From IMG/VR virus record IMGVR_UViG_3300047470_000212, positions 43,081 through 107,080 of that record: a DNA stretch of 64,000 nt, one strand, 5' to 3'. How positions within the stretch are numbered: position 1 is the first letter of the stretch; every line of letters starts with the position of its first letter. This document shows positions 1-9,850 of the stretch, in pieces. The notes under the pieces were generated by a model, which had not been told where the DNA came from, searched no databases, and worked only from the letters and a program-made list of their open reading frames with translations. The DNA comes from a virus. A program made the position numbers and the translations under genes.

Positions 1-170
1 GGGATCATCTTCTCCACGTCCGAGCACGGGATGATGTCCCAGAGCAGGCGCTTGGTGAGCATCTGCGGAGTGAAGAGGTCGACCTGCGGCTCTTCTTCCT
101 CGAAGTCCTCGTAGTCCTCGTAGTCCTCGTAGTCCCCGAAGTCCCTGTTCTTACGGTTGAAGAATCCCAT
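1..170 (-). CDS. Hypothetical acidic protein (runs off window edge)
   Basis: ATG overlaps polymerase stop (TAATG); MGFFNRKNRDFGDYEDYEDYEDFEEEE, 9-bp tandem unit at 104-145. Confidence 0.6.
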   Translation of the reverse strand, partial: MGFFNRKNRDFGDYEDYEDYEDFEEEEPQVDLFTPQMLTKRLLWDIIPCSDVEKMI

Positions 171-2149
171 TACTTAGCCTCACTCCAGCGGTCAACGATT
201 TTCACGTCCGACGACAGCGGCACCTTGAGCAGTTTCTGGATGTCCTCGCCGAGCATGGCTTCCCGAACAAGGTCGGCGGCCTCTTCGGCGCGGTCCTCCG
301 GAGCGAGGACGACGAGTTCGTCGTGCACCGAAAGGATCAGGCGGATTTCGTTCGGCAGGGAGTTGTTCAGCCGGATCATCGCCAACTTGATCAGGTCGGC
401 TGCGCTTCCCTGGATCAGGCTGTTGACTGCCTGGCGCTCGGCGCCCATTCGCAGGCCGTTGTTCTGCGAGAGCATGAGCGGCAGGCGACGCTTGCGGCCG
501 AGCAGCGTGCGGATGTACGGAGGTCGCCGCGACCGGCAGACCTGGATGACCCTTTCCTTGAAGGCGTAGATCTCCGGGAACAACTTCTGGTGCATCTCCA
601 TGAAGCGCTTGGCTTCCTTGACGGAGATCTTCGCCATGCTGGCGACCTTGTCCGGGCCAGCGCCGTAGACCACGGCAAAGTTGATGCCCTTTGCGACCTG
701 CCGGAAGTCGATACACGTACGGTCGCCGCTCTTTACCCGCGCCATGAATTCCTGCGGGTCCACGCCCATAAGCGCGGCAGCGGTGGCCGAGTGAGGGTCG
801 ACGCCGTTGTGGAATCCCTTGTAGAGATCGCCTCGACCGATGAAGTGCGCGAGCACCACGAGTTCGATCTGCCCGTAGTCCGCGACGACCAGTTTGTATC
901 CGGCCGGTGCGACGAACAGGCCACGGATTCGCTTACCGAGGTCCGTGTCCGGGCGCGGGATGTTCTGGAGGTTGGGTTCCCGGCAGGAGAATCGTCCGGT
1001 CACCGTTCCGTACTGGACGAAGTCGGCGTGGATCCTGCCGTCGAAGATGCGGCACGGCTTCTTCGGGTCGTCCTCGATACCGAGGTAGGACAGCGGGTAG
1101 TCGAGCAGCTTGCTGACTTCCGCGTACTCCAGCAGTTTCTTGACGACCGCGTTGTTCTCGTGCTTCTCCAGGCTGTCGGCGTCGGTGGAGTAGTCCTTCC
1201 ACTCCAGCTCCTGCCCTGCCTCGCGCTTCTTCTTTCCGCCGTCGGTCGGCTTGGTGGGGCGCAGGCCCTGGCCGCCGTCCTTCTTGGGGGCGTACAGGAC
1301 TGCGGCCTTCTGGGCCGGGGCGTTGAGGTTGAACTGCTGTCCGGCAGCGCGGTAGATGTCGGCCTCGATCTCGACCAGGCGGGCGCTCATGTCGCGCACC
1401 AGCTCCTGCATGGCCATCTGGTCGACAGGTGCTCCGGTGATGCCCATGTCGAGCAGCACGCCGAGGACGTCCTCTTCCAGGCGCCGGACGTTGATCAGGC
1501 CCTGGTCGTGGATGCGCTTCTGGAACTTTTTCCAGAGGAGCCAGGTGTACTTGGCGTCCATGTACGCGTAGTGCGCGACCTTGCCGAAGGGGTGGGCCTC
1601 GACGCACTTGCCGACGTTCTCGGTGTCGTAGTCGACCTTGTAGTACTTCTTGACGAGTTCCTTGAGGCCCTTCTGCTTGAGGTTTTCGTCGAGGAGCCAC
1701 TGGAGGACGATCGTGTCGCTGTACTGCGGGGGTGCGATCTCGCCCCAGTACTTCGCCGTGGAGATGAGGTCGAAGGTCGCGTTGTGCGCGATCTTGATCT
1801 TGTCCTCGGCGAAGAACAGCGGCTTGAGGATGGAGAACACCTCGCTCGGGAGCATCTGCTCCGGCGGGGCGTCGTAGACAGCCGGGATGGCGTCGAACTT
1901 CCCGGTGATCTTGTTCTTCTTCTTCGTGGCCTTGCTCAGCAGGACGTCGCCGTTGGGGTGGCCGAACGGGATGGCCACAGCCATGCCGTCGGTGGCAAGG
2001 CTCATCCAGTTGGCGACGTTCTGCGTCGGGACGTTCCGGTTGGGGCCGAAGGTCTCGATGTCGAAGGAGAAGGCCGGGCGCTCCATGAAGCGCTCGACCA
2101 CGGTATGAAGTCGGTCGGGGGTGAGGATGACGCTGTTCCTGATGGTCAC
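170..2149 (-). CDS. DNA polymerase family A with 3'-5' exonuclease, no 5'-3' exonuclease
   Basis: Exo motifs DIET, HNATFD, YAYMD; pol motifs ADYGQIEL, KGINFAVVYG, VHDEL; GTG start with GGAGG RBS. Confidence 0.95.
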   Translation of the reverse strand: MTIRNSVILTPDRLHTVVERFMERPAFSFDIETFGPNRNVPTQNVANWMSLATDGMAVAIPFGHPNGDVLLSKATKKKNKITGKFDAIPAVYDAPPEQMLPSEVFSILKPLFFAEDKIKIAHNATFDLISTAKYWGEIAPPQYSDTIVLQWLLDENLKQKGLKELVKKYYKVDYDTENVGKCVEAHPFGKVAHYAYMDAKYTWLLWKKFQKRIHDQGLINVRRLEEDVLGVLLDMGITGAPVDQMAMQELVRDMSARLVEIEADIYRAAGQQFNLNAPAQKAAVLYAPKKDGGQGLRPTKPTDGGKKKREAGQELEWKDYSTDADSLEKHENNAVVKKLLEYAEVSKLLDYPLSYLGIEDDPKKPCRIFDGRIHADFVQYGTVTGRFSCREPNLQNIPRPDTDLGKRIRGLFVAPAGYKLVVADYGQIELVVLAHFIGRGDLYKGFHNGVDPHSATAAALMGVDPQEFMARVKSGDRTCIDFRQVAKGINFAVVYGAGPDKVASMAKISVKEAKRFMEMHQKLFPEIYAFKERVIQVCRSRRPPYIRTLLGRKRRLPLMLSQNNGLRMGAERQAVNSLIQGSAADLIKLAMIRLNNSLPNEIRLILSVHDELVVLAPEDRAEEAADLVREAMLGEDIQKLLKVPLSSDVKIVDRWSEAK

Positions 2150-2232
2150 GTGCGGTACCTCCTGGTGGTGTGGTGGGAAGCTGAGGGGGAGGCCCCGGCA
2201 GCTAGGTGCCAGAACCTCCCCCGGGAGGCTGA

Positions 2233-3042
2233 TCAGTCGTTCAGGATCTCGCGGGCGATCTGCTTGAGTTCGTTCCGCGTGTTGACGTGCAGGACGTCCT
2301 CGTCGTAGGCCTTGGAGTCGAACTCCTCCAGGTCCTCCTCGGTCAGCGGGTCGATGTCCCAGTCGTCGAGGAGGTCCCGCTCCTTGACCGGGGTGATGTA
2401 GTACGTGGTCTTGTTGTTCTTGCTCTGCTTGGAGACGCTGAAGTACAGGTCGTCCCGGTTGATCGGGGCGGTCTTCTTGTCCTTGGAGTAGTTCTTGAGG
2501 ATGTCGGCGACCATCGGACCGAACTGCCACACCTTGATGACCGGGTCCTCGGGGTCGGTGAAGTCGACGACGTTGAACGCAATCTGCTGGGACGGCTTGT
2601 CACCCGCGTCATCGCACAGCGGGCAGCGGCTCTCCAGGCACGTCCAGGACCGCTTGCCCTTGCGCTCGATCCAGTGCTGGAGGAAGACCAGGAACGGCTC
2701 CTCGTCCAGGATCTTCACCACCACGGCCTCGTTGGTGACCTTGAAGTTCTCCGGGAAGCCGGACGTGGCGGACTTGGTCTTCTCGTAGGAACCCCAGCCC
2801 TTGCCACCGACCTTCGGCGCAGGCTCGTTGTCCTCCTCGTCGTCCTCCTCGGAGGCGCGGCGCGAGCGGCGGGAGGCGGGGGCCTCCTCGGTATGAAGCG
2901 ACTCGCGGCGCGAGCGGCGAGAGCCCCGGGCCGGGCGCTCGGTCTCCTCCTCGGCGTAGCCGTGCTCCTCCTGCTCGTCGTCGGCGGGGGTGTAGGCCTC
3001 GGTCGCGGCAGCGGTACGGCGGCGGGTCAGAGTGCGGGGCAT
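2233..3042 (-). CDS. Probable single-stranded DNA-binding protein (gp32-like)
   Basis: H..C..CPLC zinc motif, acidic C-terminal part, next to polymerase. Confidence 0.6.
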   Translation of the reverse strand: MPRTLTRRRTAAATEAYTPADDEQEEHGYAEEETERPARGSRRSRRESLHTEEAPASRRSRRASEEDDEEDNEPAPKVGGKGWGSYEKTKSATSGFPENFKVTNEAVVVKILDEEPFLVFLQHWIERKGKRSWTCLESRCPLCDDAGDKPSQQIAFNVVDFTDPEDPVIKVWQFGPMVADILKNYSKDKKTAPINRDDLYFSVSKQSKNNKTTYYITPVKERDLLDDWDIDPLTEEDLEEFDSKAYDEDVLHVNTRNELKQIAREILND

Positions 3043-3281
3043 CAGTTGTTCTCCTGCTGGTAGAGATGGATGTACGACTTGTCCTCGGCTGTGTTCAGCC
3101 GGGCCTCTTCGATGTCAGCGGCCAGCGCGTCGTGGATGTAGTCGACGGCGATCTTGTCGAGGTCCATGGGGGTGCGTGCCTTGGGGAAGTTGTCGGAGTC
3201 GATCTCCACGGAGGCGGAGAACTCGACCCACTCGAAGTTGCCCATGGACACGTGGTGGCTGGCGCTGCGGGTGATCTTCAC
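3042..3281 (-). CDS. Hypothetical protein
   Basis: GTGA overlap with upstream gene and TGATG overlap with downstream gene. Confidence 0.65.
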   Translation of the reverse strand: MKITRSASHHVSMGNFEWVEFSASVEIDSDNFPKARTPMDLDKIAVDYIHDALAADIEEARLNTAEDKSYIHLYQQENN

Positions 3282-3742
3282 TGCTCGGCCAGCCTCTTGA
3301 AGAGGTCGATGACGCGGGCGGTGAACTGGGTGCCCTTGATGGGCTTCTGGTGCGAGACCAGAACGCCCTCCTCGTGCGCGATGCGGACGATGCCCTCGAC
3401 CTGCTCGCGGGTGTAGAGGCGGCGACGGCCGCGCGGGTCGTCGTCCTTGCCCGGGGACTGGAAGGTGGACTTGGGAATGACTCCCTCCCTCTCCCACTTG
3501 CGGATGGTCACCGGCTGACGGCTCAGTGCCTTGGCGAGTTGACCGAGGGTGAAGAACTCAGTCTCCACACCGCCCACCGTGTACTTCCGGGGCTTGTGGT
3601 CCCAGTCGGCCGCCGACGTGGCGGCCTTGGTATGAAGCCCGTTGCGGTTGTGGTGGCGGACGATCGGCTTGGTGGACCCGGGGTAGAAGGCTTCCCCGAT
3701 CTCCGCGAAGTCCTGCTCGATGCTGGCGAGTGCAGTGCTCAT
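3278..3742 (-). CDS. MerR-type HTH DNA-binding protein
   Basis: FTLGQLAKALSRQPVTIRKWEREGVIP...RRLYTREQV. Confidence 0.75.
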   Translation of the reverse strand: MSTALASIEQDFAEIGEAFYPGSTKPIVRHHNRNGLHTKAATSAADWDHKPRKYTVGGVETEFFTLGQLAKALSRQPVTIRKWEREGVIPKSTFQSPGKDDDPRGRRRLYTREQVEGIVRIAHEEGVLVSHQKPIKGTQFTARVIDLFKRLAEQ

Positions 3743-3757
3743 GTGGTGGTGCTCCGA

Positions 3758-4234
3758 TCAGCCGGTGAGCGGCTTGAAGGCGTACGAGATCTTCTCGGTG
3801 AACAGGGCGTCCAGTTCCTCGTCGGAGATGACGCCCTCCTGGTTGAGGACGTACAACTCGTCCTGGTCCAGGACGGTCGTGGTGACCTCCTTGAAGACGC
3901 GGTCGCGGATGCCCTTGGCGTTGACCAGGGTGTCGACGGCGTCCTCGTCCAGGCCGATCGAGGTGCGCTTCTCGCGCTTGATCTCGGTGAAGGTCTGGCC
4001 GTTGACCTCCATGGGGGCCGGGAGTTTCCAGAACTTCGAGCCCTTCTCGTCGACCTCGCCGTTCTCGTCCACGTAGGCGCTGATCTCGTCGCGCAGGTGG
4101 TTCTTGCGGGTCACGACCTGGGTTTCCTGGAACTTCAGGACCAGGAACTGGCGGACCTTCTCGACCGGGTTCTCGGGGTTGAGGCTGATGGGCTTCTCAA
4201 CGCGGCGGGTGGTGCGCCGGGGCACGGTAGCCAT
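3758..4234 (-). CDS. Hypothetical phage protein
   Basis: 158-aa ORF with coding-like codon usage and upstream promoter. Confidence 0.7.
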   Translation of the reverse strand: MATVPRRTTRRVEKPISLNPENPVEKVRQFLVLKFQETQVVTRKNHLRDEISAYVDENGEVDEKGSKFWKLPAPMEVNGQTFTEIKREKRTSIGLDEDAVDTLVNAKGIRDRVFKEVTTTVLDQDELYVLNQEGVISDEELDALFTEKISYAFKPLTG

Positions 4235-4281
4235 AGAGCGGGGCTCTCTTTCTTCCGGGGTAGTTGGTGGATCGAGTAGTG

Positions 4282-4310
4282 ACTCTACACTACGGATTCG
4301 ATGTTGTCGA
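4282..4310 (-). promoter_or_regulatory. Putative principal-sigma promoter
   Basis: TCGACA-17-TAGAGT. Confidence 0.55.
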
Positions 4311-4317
4311 TTCCTAA

Positions 4318-4671
4318 TTACGGCTTCTTCGGATCCATTCGAACCGTGCGCCGGGCCGCGTAGGCGCGGGCGTCGTCGTCCAACTGATCCATGCGGACTT
4401 CAGTCTCGGCCACGTCCTGGTAGACGGTGACCACGCGGTGGTCGGCCGGGTCGACGATGGCGACGATGTCCCCTCGTACGTGGCGCCACTGTCCGGGGAC
4501 GCGGGCCGAGGGGTAGGTATGAAGCGGCTTGTCGGCCGCGAGGAGAACATCCTCGCTGGTCCAGCCCTTGGCGGCGGCCTGCTTCTGCGCGTGGTAGGTC
4601 AGCCGGTACTCCGGCGACTCGGTGGCGGGAGCGGTCCAGGTGATGCCCAGAGCTTCGGCGATGGTGGCCAT
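4318..4671 (-). CDS. DUF4258-like (RelE-like fold) protein
   Basis: LTYHAQKQAAAKGWTSEDV...IVAIVD...RVVTVY pattern; own promoter and RBS. Confidence 0.55.
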   Translation of the reverse strand: MATIAEALGITWTAPATESPEYRLTYHAQKQAAAKGWTSEDVLLAADKPLHTYPSARVPGQWRHVRGDIVAIVDPADHRVVTVYQDVAETEVRMDQLDDDARAYAARRTVRMDPKKP

Positions 4672-4717
4672 CTCGGTCTCCTCTGTTCGAGCCTCTGTTC
4701 GAGGCCTTGTGAGGACG

Positions 4718-4747
4718 ACTCTAAGATCACGCACCACCTCATGTCAA
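4718..4747 (-). promoter_or_regulatory. Putative principal-sigma promoter
   Basis: TTGACA-18-TAGAGT. Confidence 0.6.
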
Positions 4748-4974
4748 CGACTTTCAGCCAATCGTTTGACAAGTTCACCAGCGGTCGGCGACAGCACCGC
4801 GCAGAGCCAGGCGGACGGGGGTCAGATCCCAGTCCTCCCGCTCCTCCGGGGGATAGATGACGTCCTCCAGCCCCTCACGGAGCAGGACATCGAGTGGTTC
4901 TTCTCGCATAGCTTGATACTGACATGCGATTACGTCTTTAGAACCACTCGACGTCCTGCGTGAGATCCTGAAAG

Positions 4975-6618
4975 TTATGCCGCTTCCAGGCACTGCGTGA
5001 GGCTCACCAGGTCGTTCTCGATGCGGCCCTTGTCGTCCGCACCACGGCCGTCAGTGATGGCCGCTCCCACCCTGCGCTTGTGCGCGAGCATGGCGTACTT
5101 ACGGGGCTCGGTCGTGGCCTGGGTGATCGCGTTCAGCACGTAGATGTTCTTGAACAGGCTGGACGCCCGGTCGTGCCTCTTGTTGATCTGGTCCTGTTTA
5201 CCGCTGCTCCAGGCCAGGTCGTAGTTGATCAGGTAGTTCGCCATCCACAGGTCCGTGCCGAACGCTCCGGCGTGGCTGGACAGGAACACCCGGCAGCCCT
5301 CCTCCGTCTCGAACCGGGAGGCCGCGTACGCCTTGGCCCCGGCACTCATCCGACCCGTGTAGGTGACGGCCACACCCTCCGGCAGCCGGTCGGCCATCAG
5401 GTCGAGCATGTCGGGGTTGACCGAGAAGACGATGGCCTTGTTGCCAGGCACCGCGAGGATGTCCTCGATCGACTGCACCACGGCATCCAACTTCGGGGTC
5501 GCAGTGACGTCGTCCAGGAGCCCGGACTGCCACACCTCGTAGCAGTACTTCGAGCCCGGCCAGGTCTGCTTCTCCGCCCCGCCCTGCCGCGCCTGCTCGC
5601 TCTCCTCATACCGCTGCCCGGACGCGATGATCAGGTCCGGGTGGTTCAGCAGCATGTCGAGCGCCTGCATGCGAGACATGATCTTGCCCTGCTGGCTGTT
5701 CTCGTTCGGTGTCTCACCGCCGTGGTAGTGGGCGAACAGGTCGAAGTCCGAGGTGTTCGGGCCGAGGGCGTGCAGCTCAGCCAGCAGGTCGGCGGAGATG
5801 TGCTTGTACGCCTTGCGGGTCTTGGCGTCCAGGTTCACCGGGATGGTGCTCTCCTGGACCTTGGGCAGGTACGGCTTGACGTCCTCGTCCATGCGGGTCT
5901 TGCGCACCATGGCGTCGGCCAGTTTGGCGTGCAGGACAGGCAGGTTCTTGTAGTGCTGGACCCCGCCGAACTTGTTCCGCACGATGTAGGTCTTGTCGTA
6001 CAGGTCGAAGCGTCCCAGCACCTCGTCGTCGACCCACTGCATGATGCTGAACAACTCCTCCGGCCGCCCGTTCTCCACCGGGGTGCCGGTCAGTGCGTAG
6101 CGGTACGGCGCCGTCAGTCGCTTGATCTTCCGGGTGCGCTGCGCCTTGAAAGTCTTGATGGCGGTCGCCTCGTCCAGGACGATGCACTCCGGCTTGATCC
6201 TCCTGACGAAGTTCCAGTCGTTGACGACGTTCTCGTAGCCCATGATCACGTAGTCCGGCCGGTACGTCTTCACCTTGACGTACTGACCGGCCCGCTTCTT
6301 GGTGTCGCCGTCGATGAGGATGCAGTACTCCTCCGTCGGCACGGTGATCTCCTGGGTCTGCCCGTCCTCGCGCACCTTGATGACCCGCGTGGGAACGTCG
6401 GTGAGTTTGGCGATCTGTTTGGCCCACTGGTACTTGAGCGAGGCCGGGACCACGATGACGGCGGTCTCGACCTCGCTCTTCTCGATCAACTCCTCAATGG
6501 CGGCCAGGGCGATCGGTGTCTTGCCCAGGCCCATCTCGTAGGCGATGAGGAGGGAACCGCGCTCGACGGCGCGGTCCACTGCGGACTCCTGGTACGTGTG
6601 CAGGTCGATGGTCAGCAC
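4975..6618 (-). CDS. SNF2-family helicase
   Basis: EMGLGKT, LDEA, LTGTPVEN, C-terminal helicase motifs. Confidence 0.9.
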   Translation of the reverse strand: MLTIDLHTYQESAVDRAVERGSLLIAYEMGLGKTPIALAAIEELIEKSEVETAVIVVPASLKYQWAKQIAKLTDVPTRVIKVREDGQTQEITVPTEEYCILIDGDTKKRAGQYVKVKTYRPDYVIMGYENVVNDWNFVRRIKPECIVLDEATAIKTFKAQRTRKIKRLTAPYRYALTGTPVENGRPEELFSIMQWVDDEVLGRFDLYDKTYIVRNKFGGVQHYKNLPVLHAKLADAMVRKTRMDEDVKPYLPKVQESTIPVNLDAKTRKAYKHISADLLAELHALGPNTSDFDLFAHYHGGETPNENSQQGKIMSRMQALDMLLNHPDLIIASGQRYEESEQARQGGAEKQTWPGSKYCYEVWQSGLLDDVTATPKLDAVVQSIEDILAVPGNKAIVFSVNPDMLDLMADRLPEGVAVTYTGRMSAGAKAYAASRFETEEGCRVFLSSHAGAFGTDLWMANYLINYDLAWSSGKQDQINKRHDRASSLFKNIYVLNAITQATTEPRKYAMLAHKRRVGAAITDGRGADDKGRIENDLVSLTQCLEAA

Positions 6619-6905
6619 TGGGAGTACTGCCGATCGAACTGCCTGCTGGTGCGCGGGCGCCGGGCGAAGGGGACGCCGGGGGTGTAGTGCCCCTCCTGGA
6701 TGTGGTCCGGGTTGGCGCACATCCGTCGCGTGCACGCGCGGTGCTTCTGGCTGCCGCCTCCGGTGATGAAGGACAGCAGGCTCTGGCCCTTGTAGGTGGG
6801 CCGGGTCGCGGTGGACTGGAAGATCAGGCAGTCGGTGTCCGGGTCCGGCTGGACGCGGTCCCAGAAGGCCTGTCCCAGGTGTTCGTAGCCATCAGGCGGA
6901 AGCAT
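6612..6905 (-). CDS. Degenerate HNH-endonuclease-like zinc protein
   Basis: FWDRV..DCLIF...HRACTRRMCANPDHI; GGAGG RBS. Confidence 0.55.
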   Translation of the reverse strand: MLPPDGYEHLGQAFWDRVQPDPDTDCLIFQSTATRPTYKGQSLLSFITGGGSQKHRACTRRMCANPDHIQEGHYTPGVPFARRPRTSRQFDRQYSQC

Positions 6906-6951
6906 TGGCGGCCTCCGCCCAGGTATGAAGCCGGTTGTTCATGGGGTGCAT
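6892..6951 (-). CDS. 19-aa mini-ORF MHPMNNRLHTWAEAANASA carrying CTT-CAT-ACC in frame
   Basis: ATG overlaps primase stop (TGATG); ORF overlaps start of next gene. Confidence 0.5.
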   Translation of the reverse strand: MHPMNNRLHTWAEAANASA

Positions 6952-7919
6952 CAGAACCTCGCTATGACGGATGAGTAGGCGTTGCGGACGGCGTTCTTGA
7001 GGGCGTCGGCCCCCATGTCGCCGGGGTCCTTGCAGGGGGTGCCGGAGTAGTCCAGGAACTTCAGGGACAGGCCTCGGCCGGTCCACTCCTCGCGCAGCCG
7101 CTTGCACGTCTCGGCTCCTGCGGTGTCGTTGTCGAGCGCGATGATCACGGAGTCGAAGTGGTCCCGGATCAGGGACATCTGGGCGTCGGAGACTCCGGCG
7201 CCGAAGGAGGCGAGACCGGCCTTGAAACCGCAGGCCCGGAGCCGGACGACGTCCAGAGGAGACTCAACCAGGATGGCCGTGTCGTCCTCGTAGGTATGAA
7301 GTCCGAAGAGGGTCTTCGACTTGGCCATGCCCGGCGGCCGGTTGCGGAAATAGCGCTCGTTCTTCTCCTGCCAGCCCCACAGCATTCCCGTGTCGGGGTC
7401 GCGGACCGGGATGATCCACATCTCCCGCTCGGTGTCCCACAGCACGCCGCAGGCTTCCGCGTCCTCCGGCATGAAGAACCGCTCGGCGCAGGGGGTCAGC
7501 GGCGGGGTGACGTACAGGGCCAGGCTGGCCTCGTTGATCTGCTTGGTCGTGTCGACCGTCTTGGGGTCAGCCTTCTTCGCCAGGAACTTCTTGACCCGCT
7601 CGATCCCGCCCCGCTGCCGGACCCAGGCGACCGCGTCCCCGTACGGGAGGTCGAGCATGTCCTTTACGAGGACCACGAAAGGGCCCTGGTAGCGGCAGGA
7701 GAAGCAGTTGAAATACCCAGCGTCGTAGTTTATGGAAAAGGATGGGTGCTTGTCTTTCTTTCCGGTCCGCGCCTCATGCATCGGGCACGGCATGTGAATC
7801 TCGTCGCCGCTGACCTTGTAATCCAGGCCAATCTCATCCAGGCAGGCGGTGACGTTGCCGGGAACCGGAGTTCCTACTGCGTCCCAGCCGCGCGCCTTAG
7901 AACGAACCCTGGTAGCCAT
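6951..7919 (-). CDS. DNA primase (CHC2 zinc finger plus TOPRIM)
   Basis: CPMH...PSFS...CFSC; VESPLD, ALDNDTAG, KDPGD. Confidence 0.9.
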   Translation of the reverse strand: MATRVRSKARGWDAVGTPVPGNVTACLDEIGLDYKVSGDEIHMPCPMHEARTGKKDKHPSFSINYDAGYFNCFSCRYQGPFVVLVKDMLDLPYGDAVAWVRQRGGIERVKKFLAKKADPKTVDTTKQINEASLALYVTPPLTPCAERFFMPEDAEACGVLWDTEREMWIIPVRDPDTGMLWGWQEKNERYFRNRPPGMAKSKTLFGLHTYEDDTAILVESPLDVVRLRACGFKAGLASFGAGVSDAQMSLIRDHFDSVIIALDNDTAGAETCKRLREEWTGRGLSLKFLDYSGTPCKDPGDMGADALKNAVRNAYSSVIARF

Positions 7920-9162
7920 CAGTGTTCTCCTCCTCCATGGCGAAAGGATCCTCGTTCAGTTCCTCGAACTTTCCCGTCTCCCAATCCCACTGGCAGTAGG
8001 TCTCCAGAGGCGGGCAGTTACGGGCCAGGACGACCTTGATCTTGTTGATGTTCGAGTCATCCGTGGACTCGACACCGAGAATGACGTCGGAGTCCTGGGC
8101 GAAGGAGGACGAATATCCGATGGAGTCGGAGGTAATGCCCTTCTTCTTGTTCATCTTCCATTCCAGGACCTGCGTGGAAATGACGATCGGGAGTTGCAGG
8201 TTCTTCGCCATGCGCTTGAATCCTCGGGTGAGGTTGGTAAGCGCCTGGCTGGATCCCTGAGCCTCGCCGAGTTCGTCCTGCATCATGTAGATGCCGTCCA
8301 CGAATACGATCGTCGGCCGAATGGCATCGATCTTCGACTGCACACCGGTAAGCGTGGTCGCATTCATGGAGTCCGAGGAAAGGAAGAACGAGGGCATAGC
8401 CTCAAGTTCCCGAAGGGCCCTTTCGAGTTTGTCCCACTCGGTCTTCTTGAGCGTTCCGTTCCGCAGCCGGGCATGGGAAATCCCCGCGCGGATTGCGTCG
8501 AAGCGTTCCTCCTGCTCCTCGTTGCTCATCTCGAAGCCGATGAACAGCGGGCGCTCACCGTGCAGGTGGGCAGCCATGGCGGCCAGCAGAAGCAGCGTCG
8601 ACTTACCAGCCTTCGGAGGGCCGACGAAGGTGACCAACTGCTCCTTCTGGAGGCCCTGGGTGGCCCTGTCGATCGTGTTGAAGCCGGTGGGGATACCCCG
8701 GAGCCCGTCGGGCAGGTCCTTGAGCGTGAGGTACCGCGCAAGGCGTTCCTGGCCCGTCTCCGTCAGGTCGGTGTCGCGGGCGTTGGGTACCGCCGAGGCG
8801 ATGTTGGCCAGCGTGCGGGCCAACGCCTCCATCGCGGCGGTGGCGTTGCCCTCTTCGTGTGCGTCGACCGAGTCGGCCAGGCCCTGCTCCAGCAGGGCCA
8901 AAGTATGAAGTTCTCGCAGCCGGTCGGTCAGCACTTCCATGCTGTCCTCGACCTTGACGAACCGGTACGTGGGGAAGTCGGTCTTGATCGTGGTGAGGCT
9001 CGGGACCTCGCCGTAGTTCCCCTTGTGCCGCAGGATCGCCTTGAAGACGGACTTGTTGTCCGGGTCTCCGAAGAAGTCGGGGGTGATGCCCGCGTCCGCG
9101 ACGACAGCCAGGTCCTTGTCCTGGATGACGCGGGACACGAGCAAGCGCTCGAAGTCCGCCAC
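7897..9162 (-). CDS. DnaB-like replicative helicase
   Basis: GIPTGF, GPPKAGKS, FEMS, IVFVDG, QDSD. Confidence 0.92.
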   Translation of the reverse strand: MADFERLLVSRVIQDKDLAVVADAGITPDFFGDPDNKSVFKAILRHKGNYGEVPSLTTIKTDFPTYRFVKVEDSMEVLTDRLRELHTLALLEQGLADSVDAHEEGNATAAMEALARTLANIASAVPNARDTDLTETGQERLARYLTLKDLPDGLRGIPTGFNTIDRATQGLQKEQLVTFVGPPKAGKSTLLLLAAMAAHLHGERPLFIGFEMSNEEQEERFDAIRAGISHARLRNGTLKKTEWDKLERALRELEAMPSFFLSSDSMNATTLTGVQSKIDAIRPTIVFVDGIYMMQDELGEAQGSSQALTNLTRGFKRMAKNLQLPIVISTQVLEWKMNKKKGITSDSIGYSSSFAQDSDVILGVESTDDSNINKIKVVLARNCPPLETYCQWDWETGKFEELNEDPFAMEEENTDGYQGSF

Positions 9163-9605
9163 TACATTGCTCCGATCAGGGTGGTGGGTACGGCCGGGAG
9201 CATGCGTCCCTTGCTGCCGTAGATCAGGTGGTTCTCGTTGTCGAAGACGGCCGCTACGTCAGGCATGTGGGCCAGGCGGCGGGCCAGCTTCTTGGGGTCC
9301 TCGCACCACACGCGGCCGATGGGCAGGCCCTCGATGTCCAGGCGCCATTCCAGGGCCTCGGCGAACTCGTCACCCAGGTACGTGATGACGTCGACCGAGT
9401 AGCGGTAGCGCCAGACCGTGTCCCAGATGACGTGGGCCAGCGGCTCGTTGATCTCGTAGGCCTTCACAGCGCGCTTCCACTGGTGCGCCCGGCGGGCCAC
9501 TGCTTCACCAGCTCGGGCTCGCGCGGTGGGCAGGTTGCCCAGCAGTCCTTCGAAGACCAGGACCATGCGCGGGGAGACCTCGTTGCTTATGTCCCCGCCC
9601 TGCAT
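9162..9605 (-). CDS. Hypothetical protein
   Basis: Start and stop overlap both neighbours. Confidence 0.65.
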   Translation of the reverse strand: MQGGDISNEVSPRMVLVFEGLLGNLPTARARAGEAVARRAHQWKRAVKAYEINEPLAHVIWDTVWRYRYSVDVITYLGDEFAEALEWRLDIEGLPIGRVWCEDPKKLARRLAHMPDVAAVFDNENHLIYGSKGRMLPAVPTTLIGAM

Positions 9606-9850
9606 CAGGCTCGCTCCGCTTCGGCGCGGAGCCAGATATGAAGTCGTCCGTGCCGGAGTTCTGTGATCACACGGTGCTCGCGCACGCGGAATCCGAGGGC
9701 GGCAGCCTTGTAGACCGCGAGGAAGAGCAGCCGCTTGGCGGTCGCACGCTGCTCGGGGAACCGTCCGGTGATCGTCGCCGGGATCTCGTCCTTGTAGAGA
9801 ACCGACAAGACCTCGTCCTCGAAGGGGAGGACCATCTGCTCATGCGGCAC
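9605..9850 (-). CDS. Hypothetical protein
   Basis: GTG start with GGAGGA RBS; TGATG overlap downstream. Confidence 0.6.
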   Translation of the reverse strand: MPHEQMVLPFEDEVLSVLYKDEIPATITGRFPEQRATAKRLLFLAVYKAAALGFRVREHRVITELRHGRLHIWLRAEAERA

